32,000 bases of DNA, from positions 1,800,001 to 1,832,000 of the forward strand of contig NZ_CP088239.1 in the NCBI RefSeq assembly GCF_021054785.1, in the 5' to 3' direction. Position numbers and translations under genes: made by a program. The notes beneath the pieces are model-generated. The model saw only the letters and a list, made by a program, of their open reading frames with translations. It ran no database searches and was not told the origin of the DNA. Source of the stretch: Tannockella kyphosi. GTDB lineage: Bacteria > Bacillota_I > Bacilli_A > Erysipelotrichales > Coprobacillaceae. Each line of letters begins with the position of its first letter. The stretch's first letter is position 1. Of this stretch, positions 1 through 8,592 are shown one piece after another.

Positions 1-2
1 TT

Positions 3-182
3 AAATCACCCCTACCACATGTTAGTATTATGGTTACAGGTGGTGTCAGCCTTGATAATGCCAAAGAGTGGTTTGATGCAGGAGTTGAAGTGATTGGAAT
101 TGGTGGAGAGTTAAATACTTTAGCTAAAAAAGGTGATTTCGAAAAAATCACTGATTATGCTAGAATGTATGCTTCTTTATAA
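3..182 (+). CDS. eda: KDPG/KHG aldolase (Eda family), C-terminal fragment; 5' end lies outside the window
   Basis: Frame 3 reads ...PHVSIMVTGGVSLDNAKEWFDAGVEVIGIGGELNTLAKKGDFEKITDYARMYASL*. The TGGV...G.G tail is typical of Eda-type aldolases. TAA stop at 180..182, followed by a hairpin terminator. Confidence 0.6.
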   Translation, partial: KSPLPHVSIMVTGGVSLDNAKEWFDAGVEVIGIGGELNTLAKKGDFEKITDYARMYASL

Positions 183-191
183 ATAAGACTC

Positions 192-228
192 AAAGGATTG
201 TTTTGCATATGCAAAGCAATCCTTTTTT
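192..228. terminator. Bidirectional rho-independent terminator between eda and the convergent 236..721 gene
   Basis: AAAGGATTG-TTTTGCA tat GCAAAGCAATCCTTT hairpin followed by TTTTT. It sits between two convergent stop codons. Confidence 0.7.
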
Positions 229-235
229 AGAATAA

Positions 236-721
236 CTATTTATTTTCTCTGATTTTTTTAAAAATTTCATACTGCTTTTCCATTGTCTGTGTTTCGTTCA
301 TCTGCAATCCTTTTGCTTCTAAAATACGCTCTATTGCTTGAGCTGGACTTAGTGTATGATAAGCAAAAAACAATTCCCGTAGTTCCTTTGGTTTTACAAT
401 CTTATACACCTTTAATGAGGATAGTTCATAAGTATAAGAAAAATATCTATATAAATAACCTGTCCAGAACATTTCATCTTTTGAGTATTTCACTGAACCA
501 TAATCAGTAGGAATATATTCTTCTTCTACTAATACATTAATGTCCTTAGCACGTATATTTGTTTCTAAAATACTTCCGTTATCTAATCTTTTCACACTTT
601 TGCTATTCATAAATCTGCGAATAAATATCAAAGAACTACACATTAATTGGTTAACAGATTCCTCAAATGCATTCCCTTGTAATTCACACAAAAGCAAACC
701 ATCTCTATCCATTTTCTTCAT
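236..721 (-). CDS. Hypothetical protein (161 aa), downstream partner of the XRE-DUF3990 gene; its C-terminal half may be DUF3791-like
   Basis: Long ORF with RBS AAGGTGGAAATATG, 17 nt after the stop of 739..1593, so an operon. The C-terminal motif ...FFAYHTLSPAQAIERILE resembles the Y/LHT motif I recall from DUF3791. The family call is weak. Confidence 0.55.
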   Translation of the reverse strand: MKKMDRDGLLLCELQGNAFEESVNQLMCSSLIFIRRFMNSKSVKRLDNGSILETNIRAKDINVLVEEEYIPTDYGSVKYSKDEMFWTGYLYRYFSYTYELSSLKVYKIVKPKELRELFFAYHTLSPAQAIERILEAKGLQMNETQTMEKQYEIFKKIRENK

Positions 722-738
722 ATTTCCACCTTTATTTC

Positions 739-1593
739 TTATTTAAACATTTCGTCAATATACATTCCTTTTCCTCTATAACTAATTTTTGCCAATTTCA
801 CTTTATCTAAACCTAGTTTAGTCTCCGCTCTTCTGATTTTATTATAATATTCCCTTTCACTTTGACACATGTATACTCGCTCTAACATCCTCACCTGTGA
901 AATAGCTTTCTCACTAATAAAAACATACTGTTTTCCTAAATTAGTAGCTGCTAAAGAATGTTGACACTGCTCCACCGTAATTTCTCCTTGAACAAAAGAA
1001 TCAATTATTTGAAACATTCTATTATCAGCTATAGGAGCTATAATATAGTCACATTCTCTTGCATGTTTAATAATCTCTCTTACTATTTTATGATCCTTAT
1101 ACTCCTCTAAAGCTCCCCTATAATAAGCTATCGCCATCATCCACTCTTGATCCACAATATATTCCTTCGCCTTTAGACCATTCCTATTAAAATCTAAAAA
1201 ATATACAGAAGAATTATCATATCCAGATACAAATGATACAGCTTGTTCATAGGTTTCCCCTGTATAAAAGCCACTCCCAAAATCATTATTTGATCTTCCA
1301 ACACAAATACTTAATTCACCATTCACTATATTTTTAGATCCATGAAATAATAATTGATGATTTTTCTCTTTCTTCTCTTGCCAAAACATTTCTTTTAAGC
1401 GATTTAATTGGATTCCTTTATTAAAAGCAAACTCATATAATTTCTCCATAAATTGTGCGGAGGGCTTTGTTTTTTGAATCTCACTTCTTGAAATTGTTAC
1501 CTGTTCTACATTTATCAACTCAGCCAACTCAGCTTGCGTCAACCCTAAAAGTTCTCGTACTGCACGTAAATCTTCTGCAAACTTATATTCCAT
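739..1593 (-). CDS. XRE-family HTH fused to a DUF3990-like domain (possible H-Y-E ADP-ribosyltransferase-fold toxin)
   Basis: The N-terminus LRAVRELLGLTQAELAELINVEQVTISRSE is a classic XRE HTH. The C-terminal part carries LLFHGS...GSGFYTGETYEQA...QYVF, which matches my recollection of DUF3990. Confidence 0.7.
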   Translation of the reverse strand: MEYKFAEDLRAVRELLGLTQAELAELINVEQVTISRSEIQKTKPSAQFMEKLYEFAFNKGIQLNRLKEMFWQEKKEKNHQLLFHGSKNIVNGELSICVGRSNNDFGSGFYTGETYEQAVSFVSGYDNSSVYFLDFNRNGLKAKEYIVDQEWMMAIAYYRGALEEYKDHKIVREIIKHARECDYIIAPIADNRMFQIIDSFVQGEITVEQCQHSLAATNLGKQYVFISEKAISQVRMLERVYMCQSEREYYNKIRRAETKLGLDKVKLAKISYRGKGMYIDEMFK

Positions 1594-1617
1594 GTAATCA
1601 CTCCCTTTTATAACTTA

Positions 1618-1682
1618 TTTATATCACATTACTTAAACAAGTTCAACTTAAACTTCTTTATATCATATTACTTAAATAAGTT
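1618..1682. promoter_or_regulatory. Two 25-26 bp direct repeats upstream of the XRE-DUF3990 operon (putative operators)
   Basis: TTTATATCACATTACTTAAACAAGTT (1618..1643) and TTTATATCATATTACTTAAATAAGTT (1657..1682) are offset by 39 bp. They lie 25-90 bp upstream of the start at 1593. Confidence 0.45.
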
Positions 1683-1721
1683 TAGATAAAACTTTCTATT
1701 TAAATTTCTATTTTCAACTAG

Positions 1722-1882
1722 CACTTACTTTTTTGGAGATCAATCATTGTTTTATACTCACCTTGTTCTTTTATTACATCATCCTGTTTCCTCATTTGAG
1801 AAACTTTTCCTTCTTTTAATAAAACTATTTTATTAGCCTAGCAATACATTCTATATGTTATTACCAATACTGTTTTATCTTT
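1722..1882 (-). pseudogene. Remnant of an ABC-transporter 3' end (copy a), paralogous to the 3' end of 2178..3920
   Basis: Aligns by eye to 2190..2350 (ggagatcaatcatt...ttccttcttttaataaaactattttatt.gc.tagcaata...attac.aatac.gttttatcttt) and contains stop codons. Similarity stops at the same breakpoint as copy c (11883..12046). Confidence 0.7.
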
Positions 1883-2120
1883 AGTATATCTTATAAAACA
1901 CCAAAATATCTCCTTCATTATGTTCTGTAATTAATAGACAGAAGACAACAAGTAGAAAAACGGGGCAAATAATGTATCAAACCTGACAATCGAAATGCAA
2001 AAGGAATAGTTTGAAGGTTACTTCTCTTTAGAACGAATCGAAATAGCAACAATAACACTAAGTTATACACTTTGTGTCCAATCATAAATAAAAGGACGAG
2101 TATCTCGTCCTTTTATTTTA
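1883..2120. repeat. Copy a of a duplicated non-coding segment that follows the ABC remnant (counterpart 12047..12229 plus 13577..13735)
   Basis: Shared strings: tatcttataaaacaccaaaatatctcc.tcattatg.tctgtaattaa, AAAAACGGGGCAAATAAT (1956..1973), and aatcgaaatagcaac.ata.cactaagttatacactttgtg...ataaataaaaggacgag. Copy a lacks the ATPase gene that copy c carries. Confidence 0.7.
2088..2119. terminator. Rho-independent terminator of the ABC operon (hairpin usable in both directions)
   Basis: AAAAGGACGAG tat CTCGTCCTTTT flanked by A and T runs, about 60 nt downstream of the stop at 2178. Confidence 0.7.
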
Positions 2121-2177
2121 GCAGTTTATTCAACAATAGGTCGTGCTTTACCAATTTGATTAATATATACTTTATAC

Positions 2178-3920
2178 TTATAACTTCCAAGTCGTACTTA
2201 AGTTTTGGAGATCAATCATTTTCTTATAATCTCCTTGTTCTTTTATTAAATCATCATGTTTTCCCATTTGAGAAACTTTTCCTTCTTTTAATAAAACTAT
2301 TTTATTGGCTCTAGCAATAGTACGCATTCTATGCGCTATTACTAATACCGTTTTATCTTTTGTAAGATTAGCTATTGCAAGTTGTACTGCAGTTTCATTT
2401 TTAATATCTAATGATGAAGTAGCTTCATCTAATAAGATAATAGGTGCATCTTTTAATAGAGCTCTTGCTATAGAGATTCTTTGTCTTTCTCCACCTGATA
2501 AACTAGAACCATTTTCTCCTATTAATGTCTCATATCCATTTGGTAAGGCCATAATAAAATCATGAGCTTTTGCATGTTTTGATGCTTCTATAATTTCTTG
2601 GTCACTAGCACCTTTTTTACCAATACGAATATTTTCCATTACAGTATTATCAAATAGTGTTACATCTTGGAATACAATAGAAATACTCTTCAGAAGTGTT
2701 TCTGGATCAATAGTAGAAATATCTTCACCACCAATAGTAATGGTTCCTTCTTCAATATCCCAGAATCTAGCAGCTAACTTCATAGCTGTTGTTTTTCCTC
2801 CACCAGAAGGACCTATTAAAGCTGTTACTTCTCCTTGTTTAGCAACAAAAGAAGTACCTTTTAATACATTATCTTCTCCATTGTAAGCAAAGCTTACATT
2901 GTTAAATACGATATCATATCCATTAGGTTCAAAGATTTCTACTCCTGTTTGTATCTTTGTAGATTCTAATTCTTGCATTCTACGAACACTAATCATTGCA
3001 TGGAATATAGCAGCAATATTAATTAAAGCTCCTGCTATAGGTTCAAAGATTCTTGTACTAACCATCATAAATACGATAAATGTTAGAACATCTATTTCTC
3101 CACTACTTAACAATGAAACACCCATTAACATAGAAGTAGCAACACCTACTTTTAAGATCATTTGAGCACTTACTACTGGTAAAGATACTCCTAATTCTGC
3201 AATGACTGAACTTTTTTCAAAGTCTTTTAATTTTTGATTTACTACATCTATATGCATAGCTTGACGATTATTTGCTTTAATATCTCTAATATTTTCAATA
3301 CATTCCATCATCTTATCATCATAAGATAATTTAATGTCTTTTGATTTTTGAGAAAAATTATTTTGAAATCTTCTTGTAAAAATACATAAAAAGAATGCGA
3401 TTGGGACAACCCATAAAGTAGCTAATGCCATCTTCCATTGAAAGAATAATAAACCAATACCTGCAATAAAGATAGAAATAACTGCTCCTACCATTTGTGG
3501 TATATAATGAGAAAATGCTTGTTCTAATTCTGTAGCATCACCCATAATAACAGTAGTTACATCTCCTAAGTCTTTTTTACCAAAGAATGATAATGGTAAT
3601 TTACGAATTGTTTCTGCTAAGCTAATTCTTTTTGCTGCACTTTCTTTATATGCAGATAAGTAATTCGCATTATATGAAATATAATAAGTAATAAAGATAA
3701 AGATTACTAATACCATTCCATAAACTGCATAGAACATAACATGAAACACTGGTGTTTCATTATTAAGTGTTACTAATAGGGCATCTTGTAAAAAATAATA
3801 AACAACTCCCGTTAAACCAAAGATAAGCATATTTACAACAGTTGCCCAAAAGGAAGCTTTTATTAAATCTTTTGCACCTTTTTCACTTAGTGCAAAAGTT
3901 TTTCTTAAATAAGGAATCAT
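2178..3920 (-). CDS. ABC transporter ATP-binding/permease subunit (type I exporter half-transporter, 580 aa)
   Basis: Six-TM N-terminal half, then Walker A GPSGGGKTT, signature LSGGERQR, Walker B ILLDEATSSLD and H-loop IAHR. The start overlaps the upstream stop (TAATG). Confidence 0.9.
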   Translation of the reverse strand: MIPYLRKTFALSEKGAKDLIKASFWATVVNMLIFGLTGVVYYFLQDALLVTLNNETPVFHVMFYAVYGMVLVIFIFITYYISYNANYLSAYKESAAKRISLAETIRKLPLSFFGKKDLGDVTTVIMGDATELEQAFSHYIPQMVGAVISIFIAGIGLLFFQWKMALATLWVVPIAFFLCIFTRRFQNNFSQKSKDIKLSYDDKMMECIENIRDIKANNRQAMHIDVVNQKLKDFEKSSVIAELGVSLPVVSAQMILKVGVATSMLMGVSLLSSGEIDVLTFIVFMMVSTRIFEPIAGALINIAAIFHAMISVRRMQELESTKIQTGVEIFEPNGYDIVFNNVSFAYNGEDNVLKGTSFVAKQGEVTALIGPSGGGKTTAMKLAARFWDIEEGTITIGGEDISTIDPETLLKSISIVFQDVTLFDNTVMENIRIGKKGASDQEIIEASKHAKAHDFIMALPNGYETLIGENGSSLSGGERQRISIARALLKDAPIILLDEATSSLDIKNETAVQLAIANLTKDKTVLVIAHRMRTIARANKIVLLKEGKVSQMGKHDDLIKEQGDYKKMIDLQNLSTTWKL

Positions 3921-5719
3921 TATGCTTGTACCTCACTTTCTTTCCATATAAATGCATGATTATACTCTTCCCACATTTCTTTATACTTACTATCTTTATT
4001 TGTAAGTTCTTCGTGAGTTCCATTTTCTGCTATTTTACCATCTTCAATTACATATATTGTATTTGCTTCTTGGATTGTTGAAAGACGATGAGCAATAATA
4101 ATAACTGTTTTATTTTTAGCTAATTCACTCATAGCTAATTGTATTTCATGTTCATTTTCAGGATCCGTAAATGCTGTTGCTTCATCTAATAAGATAATTG
4201 GTGCATTTTTTAATATTGCTCTAGCAATAGCAATTCTTTGTGCTTCTCCACCAGATAAATAAATCCCCTTAGTACCTACAATTGTATCAATACCATCAGG
4301 TAACTTATCAATAATATCCTGACATCTTGCCATCTTTAATGCTTCCATTACTTCTTCCTTACTTGCTCCTGGTTTTCCTTCACAAACATTTTCATAAACA
4401 CTCATCTTATATAGTGTTGTATTTTGGAAAACAAAAGAAATAGTAGCCATTAAATCCGCTTCATTCATATCTCGTACATCTACTCCACCAATCTTAACTG
4501 CTCCCTCTTGAATATCAAAGAATCTAGCAATCAGTGTTGCTATTGTTGATTTCCCACTACCTGAAGTACCTACTAAAGCTACTGTTTGTCCTTGTTTTAC
4601 GCTAAAAGATATGTTATCAATTGCTTTATTTATTGCATTTGGATAAGTAAATGATACGTTATCAAATTCTATATCATAAGCGATAGGAGTTTTTGTTTTA
4701 TCTTTATATTCTAATGGTTTTTCATGTAAAAGAGCATCTACTTTATTAATTGCTTCTTTGGCTACCATAGAGTTTTGACTAGAATACATGATTTTCATAA
4801 GCATAACACTACAAATAGGACTAAAGAAAATATAGAACAAGAAATCTAACATAAATTCTTTCGTATTTATATTTCCTTGGAAAATAAAGATAGAACCACC
4901 TACTAAAAATAATGCAATAACACCTATCAATGTTTGGAAACCAACCATTGATATACGGAAGTTATCTGTATAATATATCACAAATTCTTCATATTCTTTA
5001 ATAGAATCATGAAACTTTTTAAATGAAAAGACACTTTGACCAAATGTTTTTACTACTGATATTCCTCTTACATATTCTACAGCTTCATTATTCATTTTAC
5101 TTAATGATGCTTCATAATTAATCATATCATCTTTTGCAGTACTTCCCATCATAGAACTACACATTGTTAGTAATGATAAAATAATTGGTATCATACATAA
5201 TAAACCTAATTTCCAATTAAACACAAACAAGAATACAATAACTGCAATAGGTGTTACAAAAGCACCTGTCATATCAGGTAACTGATGTGCTAAATATGTT
5301 TCTGTTCTAGTTGCACTATCACTAATAATTCTTTTCATATTACCACTACCATTTTGATTAAAATATCCTAATGGTAACTGCATTAAATGGCTTAATGCTT
5401 GAGATTTAATATTTCTTGCAATACGAAACGCTGCTACGTGTGTACACATAAGGCCTGCACAATATAGCAACATACTTAAAAGTGCCATAACAAGCGACAT
5501 AATAGCATAATTTGTTAAACTATCTGTTACCTCTATGTTTGGATACATCATAAATATTTCTTTTACCCCTAACCATATATATATAATCGGTAATAATGCA
5601 ATTACTGCACTAACAGCCGAACATATCATCCCAATGATAGTAAAATACTTATAATTCCCTGCAAAGTTAAATAGTCTACTTGTTAAAGAGACTTCTTTTT
5701 TTGATTTTGTTGTTTCCAT
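3920..5719 (-). CDS. ABC transporter ATP-binding/permease subunit (partner half-transporter, about 599 aa)
   Basis: Walker A GTSGSGKST, signature LSGGEAQR, Walker B ILLDEATAFTD, H-loop IAHR. I chose the ATG at 5719, preceded by GGAGGATCTT. The track start at 5731 is a TTG inside that RBS. Confidence 0.9.
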   Translation of the reverse strand: METTKSKKEVSLTSRLFNFAGNYKYFTIIGMICSAVSAVIALLPIIYIWLGVKEIFMMYPNIEVTDSLTNYAIMSLVMALLSMLLYCAGLMCTHVAAFRIARNIKSQALSHLMQLPLGYFNQNGSGNMKRIISDSATRTETYLAHQLPDMTGAFVTPIAVIVFLFVFNWKLGLLCMIPIILSLLTMCSSMMGSTAKDDMINYEASLSKMNNEAVEYVRGISVVKTFGQSVFSFKKFHDSIKEYEEFVIYYTDNFRISMVGFQTLIGVIALFLVGGSIFIFQGNINTKEFMLDFLFYIFFSPICSVMLMKIMYSSQNSMVAKEAINKVDALLHEKPLEYKDKTKTPIAYDIEFDNVSFTYPNAINKAIDNISFSVKQGQTVALVGTSGSGKSTIATLIARFFDIQEGAVKIGGVDVRDMNEADLMATISFVFQNTTLYKMSVYENVCEGKPGASKEEVMEALKMARCQDIIDKLPDGIDTIVGTKGIYLSGGEAQRIAIARAILKNAPIILLDEATAFTDPENEHEIQLAMSELAKNKTVIIIAHRLSTIQEANTIYVIEDGKIAENGTHEELTNKDSKYKEMWEEYNHAFIWKESEVQA

Positions 5720-5736
5720 AAGATCCTCCAATCCTA

Positions 5737-5795
5737 GTTAGCTAAAGCTAACCTTGTTTCAAACTCAATATACTCTCTTTATAATATAAAGTCAA
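5737..5795 (-). promoter_or_regulatory. Promoter plus 16-bp palindromic operator of the ABC operon
   Basis: Minus strand: TTGACT (5795..5790), 17-nt spacer, TATATT (5772..5767). The perfect palindrome GTTAGCTAAAGCTAAC (5737..5752) lies just upstream of the RBS. Confidence 0.55.
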
Positions 5796-6032
5796 TACAA
5801 GGGTAATTAGATTGGATTTTAGGAATAATATCTACGATTGCTTATCATTCTGATTGCCTCTTTTTGTTGATAGTAAGAGAGGTGCTGTGATATCTGCATT
5901 TTATCCTTGCCCTCACTTACTGCCTACAATAGCTGTGGCAGTAAGTCAATATTTGTTCTTATTGGTTTGGGTTTGATTTCTTGATTTTGCGTTATTTTTA
6001 TTTGATTCCTCTTTCCTTAAAATGTAAATTAT

Positions 6033-6073
6033 ATGTGCATTGTATTGATAATGCACATATATATTGTTATAAT
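6033..6073 (+). promoter_or_regulatory. relB/dinJ promoter with overlapping inverted-repeat operator
   Basis: TTGATA (6045..6050), 17 nt, TATAAT (6068..6073). Inverted repeat ATGTGCATT (6033..6041) / AATGCACAT (6050..6058) spans the -35 element. Confidence 0.6.
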
Positions 6074-6104
6074 GAATATACTAATAATAAAAGGAGTTGA
6101 TTAT

Positions 6105-6374
6105 ATGGCTACAACAAACATTACTATTCGAATGGATGCAGACCTCAAAAAACAAGCTGAAGAACTTTTTTCTGATTTAGGTATGAACTTAACCACTGCA
6201 TTTACTGTTTTTGCAAAACAAGCTGTAAGAGAACAAAAATTACCTTTTGTCGTTTCAAGAGCATACAATCCTGAAACAATCCAAGCGATTGAAGATGCTA
6301 GAAATGGTATTGGATTAAGTCGTGGTTTTTCCTCTGTTGCAGAACTTATGGAGGATTTGAATGCTGACGATTAA
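6105..6374 (+). CDS. RelB/DinJ-family type II antitoxin (89 aa)
   Basis: MATTNITIRMDADLKKQAEELFSDLGMNLTTAFTVFAKQAVREQKLPF is the typical DinJ/RelB ribbon-helix-helix N-terminus. RBS AAAGGAG lies 8 nt upstream of the ATG at 6105. The track start at 6033 lies in the promoter. Confidence 0.8.
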   Translation: MATTNITIRMDADLKKQAEELFSDLGMNLTTAFTVFAKQAVREQKLPFVVSRAYNPETIQAIEDARNGIGLSRGFSSVAELMEDLNADD

Positions 6375-6450
6375 ATACCAGAATTCATTTAAAAAAGATT
6401 TTAAGAACGTTAAAAAACGTGGATATGATATAAGTAAACTTCAAAACTGA
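6361..6450 (+). pseudogene. Truncated YafQ/RelE-type toxin gene (only about 29 codons remain)
   Basis: The ATG overlaps the end of relB. It encodes MLTIKYQNSFKKDFKNVKKRGYDISKLQN*, which matches the N-terminus of YafQ-like toxins (usually about 90 aa) but then stops. Confidence 0.6.
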
Positions 6451-6696
6451 ATAAGTAAACCTAAGAAACACCGTGGATTTCATATCTACGGTGTTTTGTC
6501 GTTCTTGCGTTTCCTTGCTTTGTGTTGGTTGTTGGTTTCATCCACAAGCAATTCATCAAGTGATTATTACTATTTTGATAAATAAGAAATGATATCCATT
6601 TTATATTTATTATTAATCGAATATTTTAATCATTATTTACATCAATGTACAGAAAGACATGTGCAGATTGTTACACATATGACTTGCCTAATACAT

Positions 6697-6730
6697 CAAA
6701 AAAGAAGCATATCATCGAATGATAATTGCT
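6697..6730 (-). terminator. Probable terminator of the dehydrogenase gene
   Basis: Minus strand: AGCAATTATCAT tcg ATGATATGCT followed by TCTTTTTT, about 80 nt downstream of the stop at 6809. Confidence 0.5.
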
Positions 6731-6808
6731 CCTAATTTAATATACGATGCATTCTTGTATTATCCAAAACAAGAAATGATTGTTATCTTTTAAAATAGTT
6801 AGTCATTA

Positions 6809-7789
6809 TTATAATAGTTCTTTTACATAACTTCCTTTTTCCATTGCAATTAATCCTTCAATACCGCCTCTTACCATTGCTTCTACAGATTCATTAGTAT
6901 AGAAGGCAATATGTGGTGTTAAAACAACATTTGGGAATTGTCTTAAATAAGCCATATCTCGATTAGAAAGTATATCATTTACTAAGCTTTTATGATAAAT
7001 ATATTTTTCTTCTTCAAATACATCTAATCCTAATCCACCTATTTTCTTAGATTCTATTCCTTTTATTAAAGCTTGTAAGTTCATCAATTCTCCTCGTGCA
7101 GTATTAATGAGTATTACTCCATCTTTCATTTTAGAAATAGTATCTTCATTTATCATTTGTGCTGTATCCACACTAAGCATTGTATGAATTGTAATAAGAT
7201 CTGATTGTTTATAAAGCGTATCTAAATCTACATAAGTAGCTATCTTTTCTACTTCAGGATTTTGATAAATATCATATGCTATGATCTTACAACCAAAACC
7301 ACTTAATGATTCCATTACTGTTCTACCAATCTTTCCTGTACCGATTACTCCGACAGTAAGACTTCTTATTGTTTTTCCTTTTAATCCTGTTAAAGAATAA
7401 TCATTTACATTTTGACGATATAAACTTTGTTTATATTTTCTAAGTACTAAAAGTATTAACATAATTGTGAAATCAGCAACACTTTCTGGTGGGTATTCTA
7501 CATTACAAACACGAACACCTATTTTATTTGCATATTTTACATCAATATGATCATAACCTATTGTTCTTGTACTTAAATACTTTATACCATATTCCTTTAA
7601 CTTATCTAAAACTTCACTATCTATTGATTTCATACCAGCAATACTAATAGCATCATAACCAACACATTTCATTATCGTTTCTTCACTAAAAGCACATGTT
7701 ACTATATCAACATGTGTTTTAAGTTCTTTTGTAACTTCTTGGAAAATAGCAATTTCTTCTTCTCTAACATCAAACACTAATATCTTCAT
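6809..7789 (-). CDS. D-isomer-specific 2-hydroxyacid dehydrogenase (D-lactate dehydrogenase-like, 326 aa)
   Basis: NAD-binding motif GVIGTGKIGR, catalytic-type motifs NTARG, DVFEEE and TPHIAFYT. Substrate specificity cannot be read from the sequence. Confidence 0.8.
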   Translation of the reverse strand: MKILVFDVREEEIAIFQEVTKELKTHVDIVTCAFSEETIMKCVGYDAISIAGMKSIDSEVLDKLKEYGIKYLSTRTIGYDHIDVKYANKIGVRVCNVEYPPESVADFTIMLILLVLRKYKQSLYRQNVNDYSLTGLKGKTIRSLTVGVIGTGKIGRTVMESLSGFGCKIIAYDIYQNPEVEKIATYVDLDTLYKQSDLITIHTMLSVDTAQMINEDTISKMKDGVILINTARGELMNLQALIKGIESKKIGGLGLDVFEEEKYIYHKSLVNDILSNRDMAYLRQFPNVVLTPHIAFYTNESVEAMVRGGIEGLIAMEKGSYVKELL

Positions 7790-8048
7790 TCTTATTTCTC
7801 CTTGTTATACATTTATCATCTACATTATTCATACCTTTTATCATTATACGCTTTTTACCTGTTTCTACAACTTTATATTAGGAATACTGTATAAATTAAA
7901 TACTATTATGTTTACTATTTACAATCATCCTATAATGCACTTATATAATTGATTTTCTAACATGATTGCAAAACATTGATAACTCTATAATCTCACGCTA
8001 CATAACATAAGGGAATAATAGTTATTACTAGTGATGTTTGTGAGCGTG

Positions 8049-8097
8049 AAATAATGTTTCTATAGTGTTTACTTCTTATGAGTATCCTATACTACAA
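8049..8097. repeat. R0: decayed partial copy of the array repeat (right-arm part, closest to R4)
   Basis: aaataatgtttctatagtgtttacttcttatgagtatcctatactacaa compares with R4 aaataagagtttttatagtgtttgcatcttataagtatcctaactatag. The hairpin part is not convincingly retained. Confidence 0.4.
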
Positions 8098-8266
8098 TTC
8101 TACTTTCCCAATTTTTCAAATACTAAATCACTTAGATCATTTTCAATTTACCTCTAGCATTAATACGTTTTCTATTGATTAACAGGCTCCTTTATTCTTT
8201 CTAATACTCTTAAAATATAGTATACTTTAAATATATATGATGTATGTATTTACAGGAGGGGACTAA

Positions 8267-8581
8267 ATGCAAGATGTTACAAAACAAATACTAGAGTTTA
8301 CTAGTGAACGAAACTGGGATCAGTTTCATACACCAGAAAATCTAGCAAAGTCTATTTCTATTGAAGCAGCAGAACTACTAGAATGTTATCAATGGAATAG
8401 TAATGGAGATATACAAGAAATAAAAGAAGAATTAGCAGATATCATGAACTACAGTTTATTATTATGTTCTAAATTAGGATTAGATCCTAAAGAAATAATA
8501 TTAGAAAAACTAGAAAAAAATAAAGCAAAATATCCTGTAGAGAAATGCTTTGGTAAAAGTGATAAATACACAAAATTATAA
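8267..8581 (+). CDS. MazG-like nucleotide pyrophosphohydrolase (104 aa, small all-alpha NTP-PPase)
   Basis: ERNWDQFHTPENLAKSISIEAAELLECYQW...EELADIMNYSLLLCSKLGLD is the E-x-x-E ... E-x-x-D pattern of MazG/dCTPase-like proteins. RBS GGAGGGG precedes the ATG. Confidence 0.75.
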   Translation: MQDVTKQILEFTSERNWDQFHTPENLAKSISIEAAELLECYQWNSNGDIQEIKEELADIMNYSLLLCSKLGLDPKEIILEKLEKNKAKYPVEKCFGKSDKYTKL

Positions 8582-8592
8582 GGAGATAATTT

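Noticed and set aside
5860-5960. Relatively GC-richer patch with hairpin CTTACTGCC...GGCAGTAAG upstream of relB, considered as a possible tRNA or small RNA
   Set aside because: It shows no cloverleaf, no conserved tRNA boxes (GTTCRANNC), and no promoter/terminator pair. It is probably just an isolated 9-bp stem.
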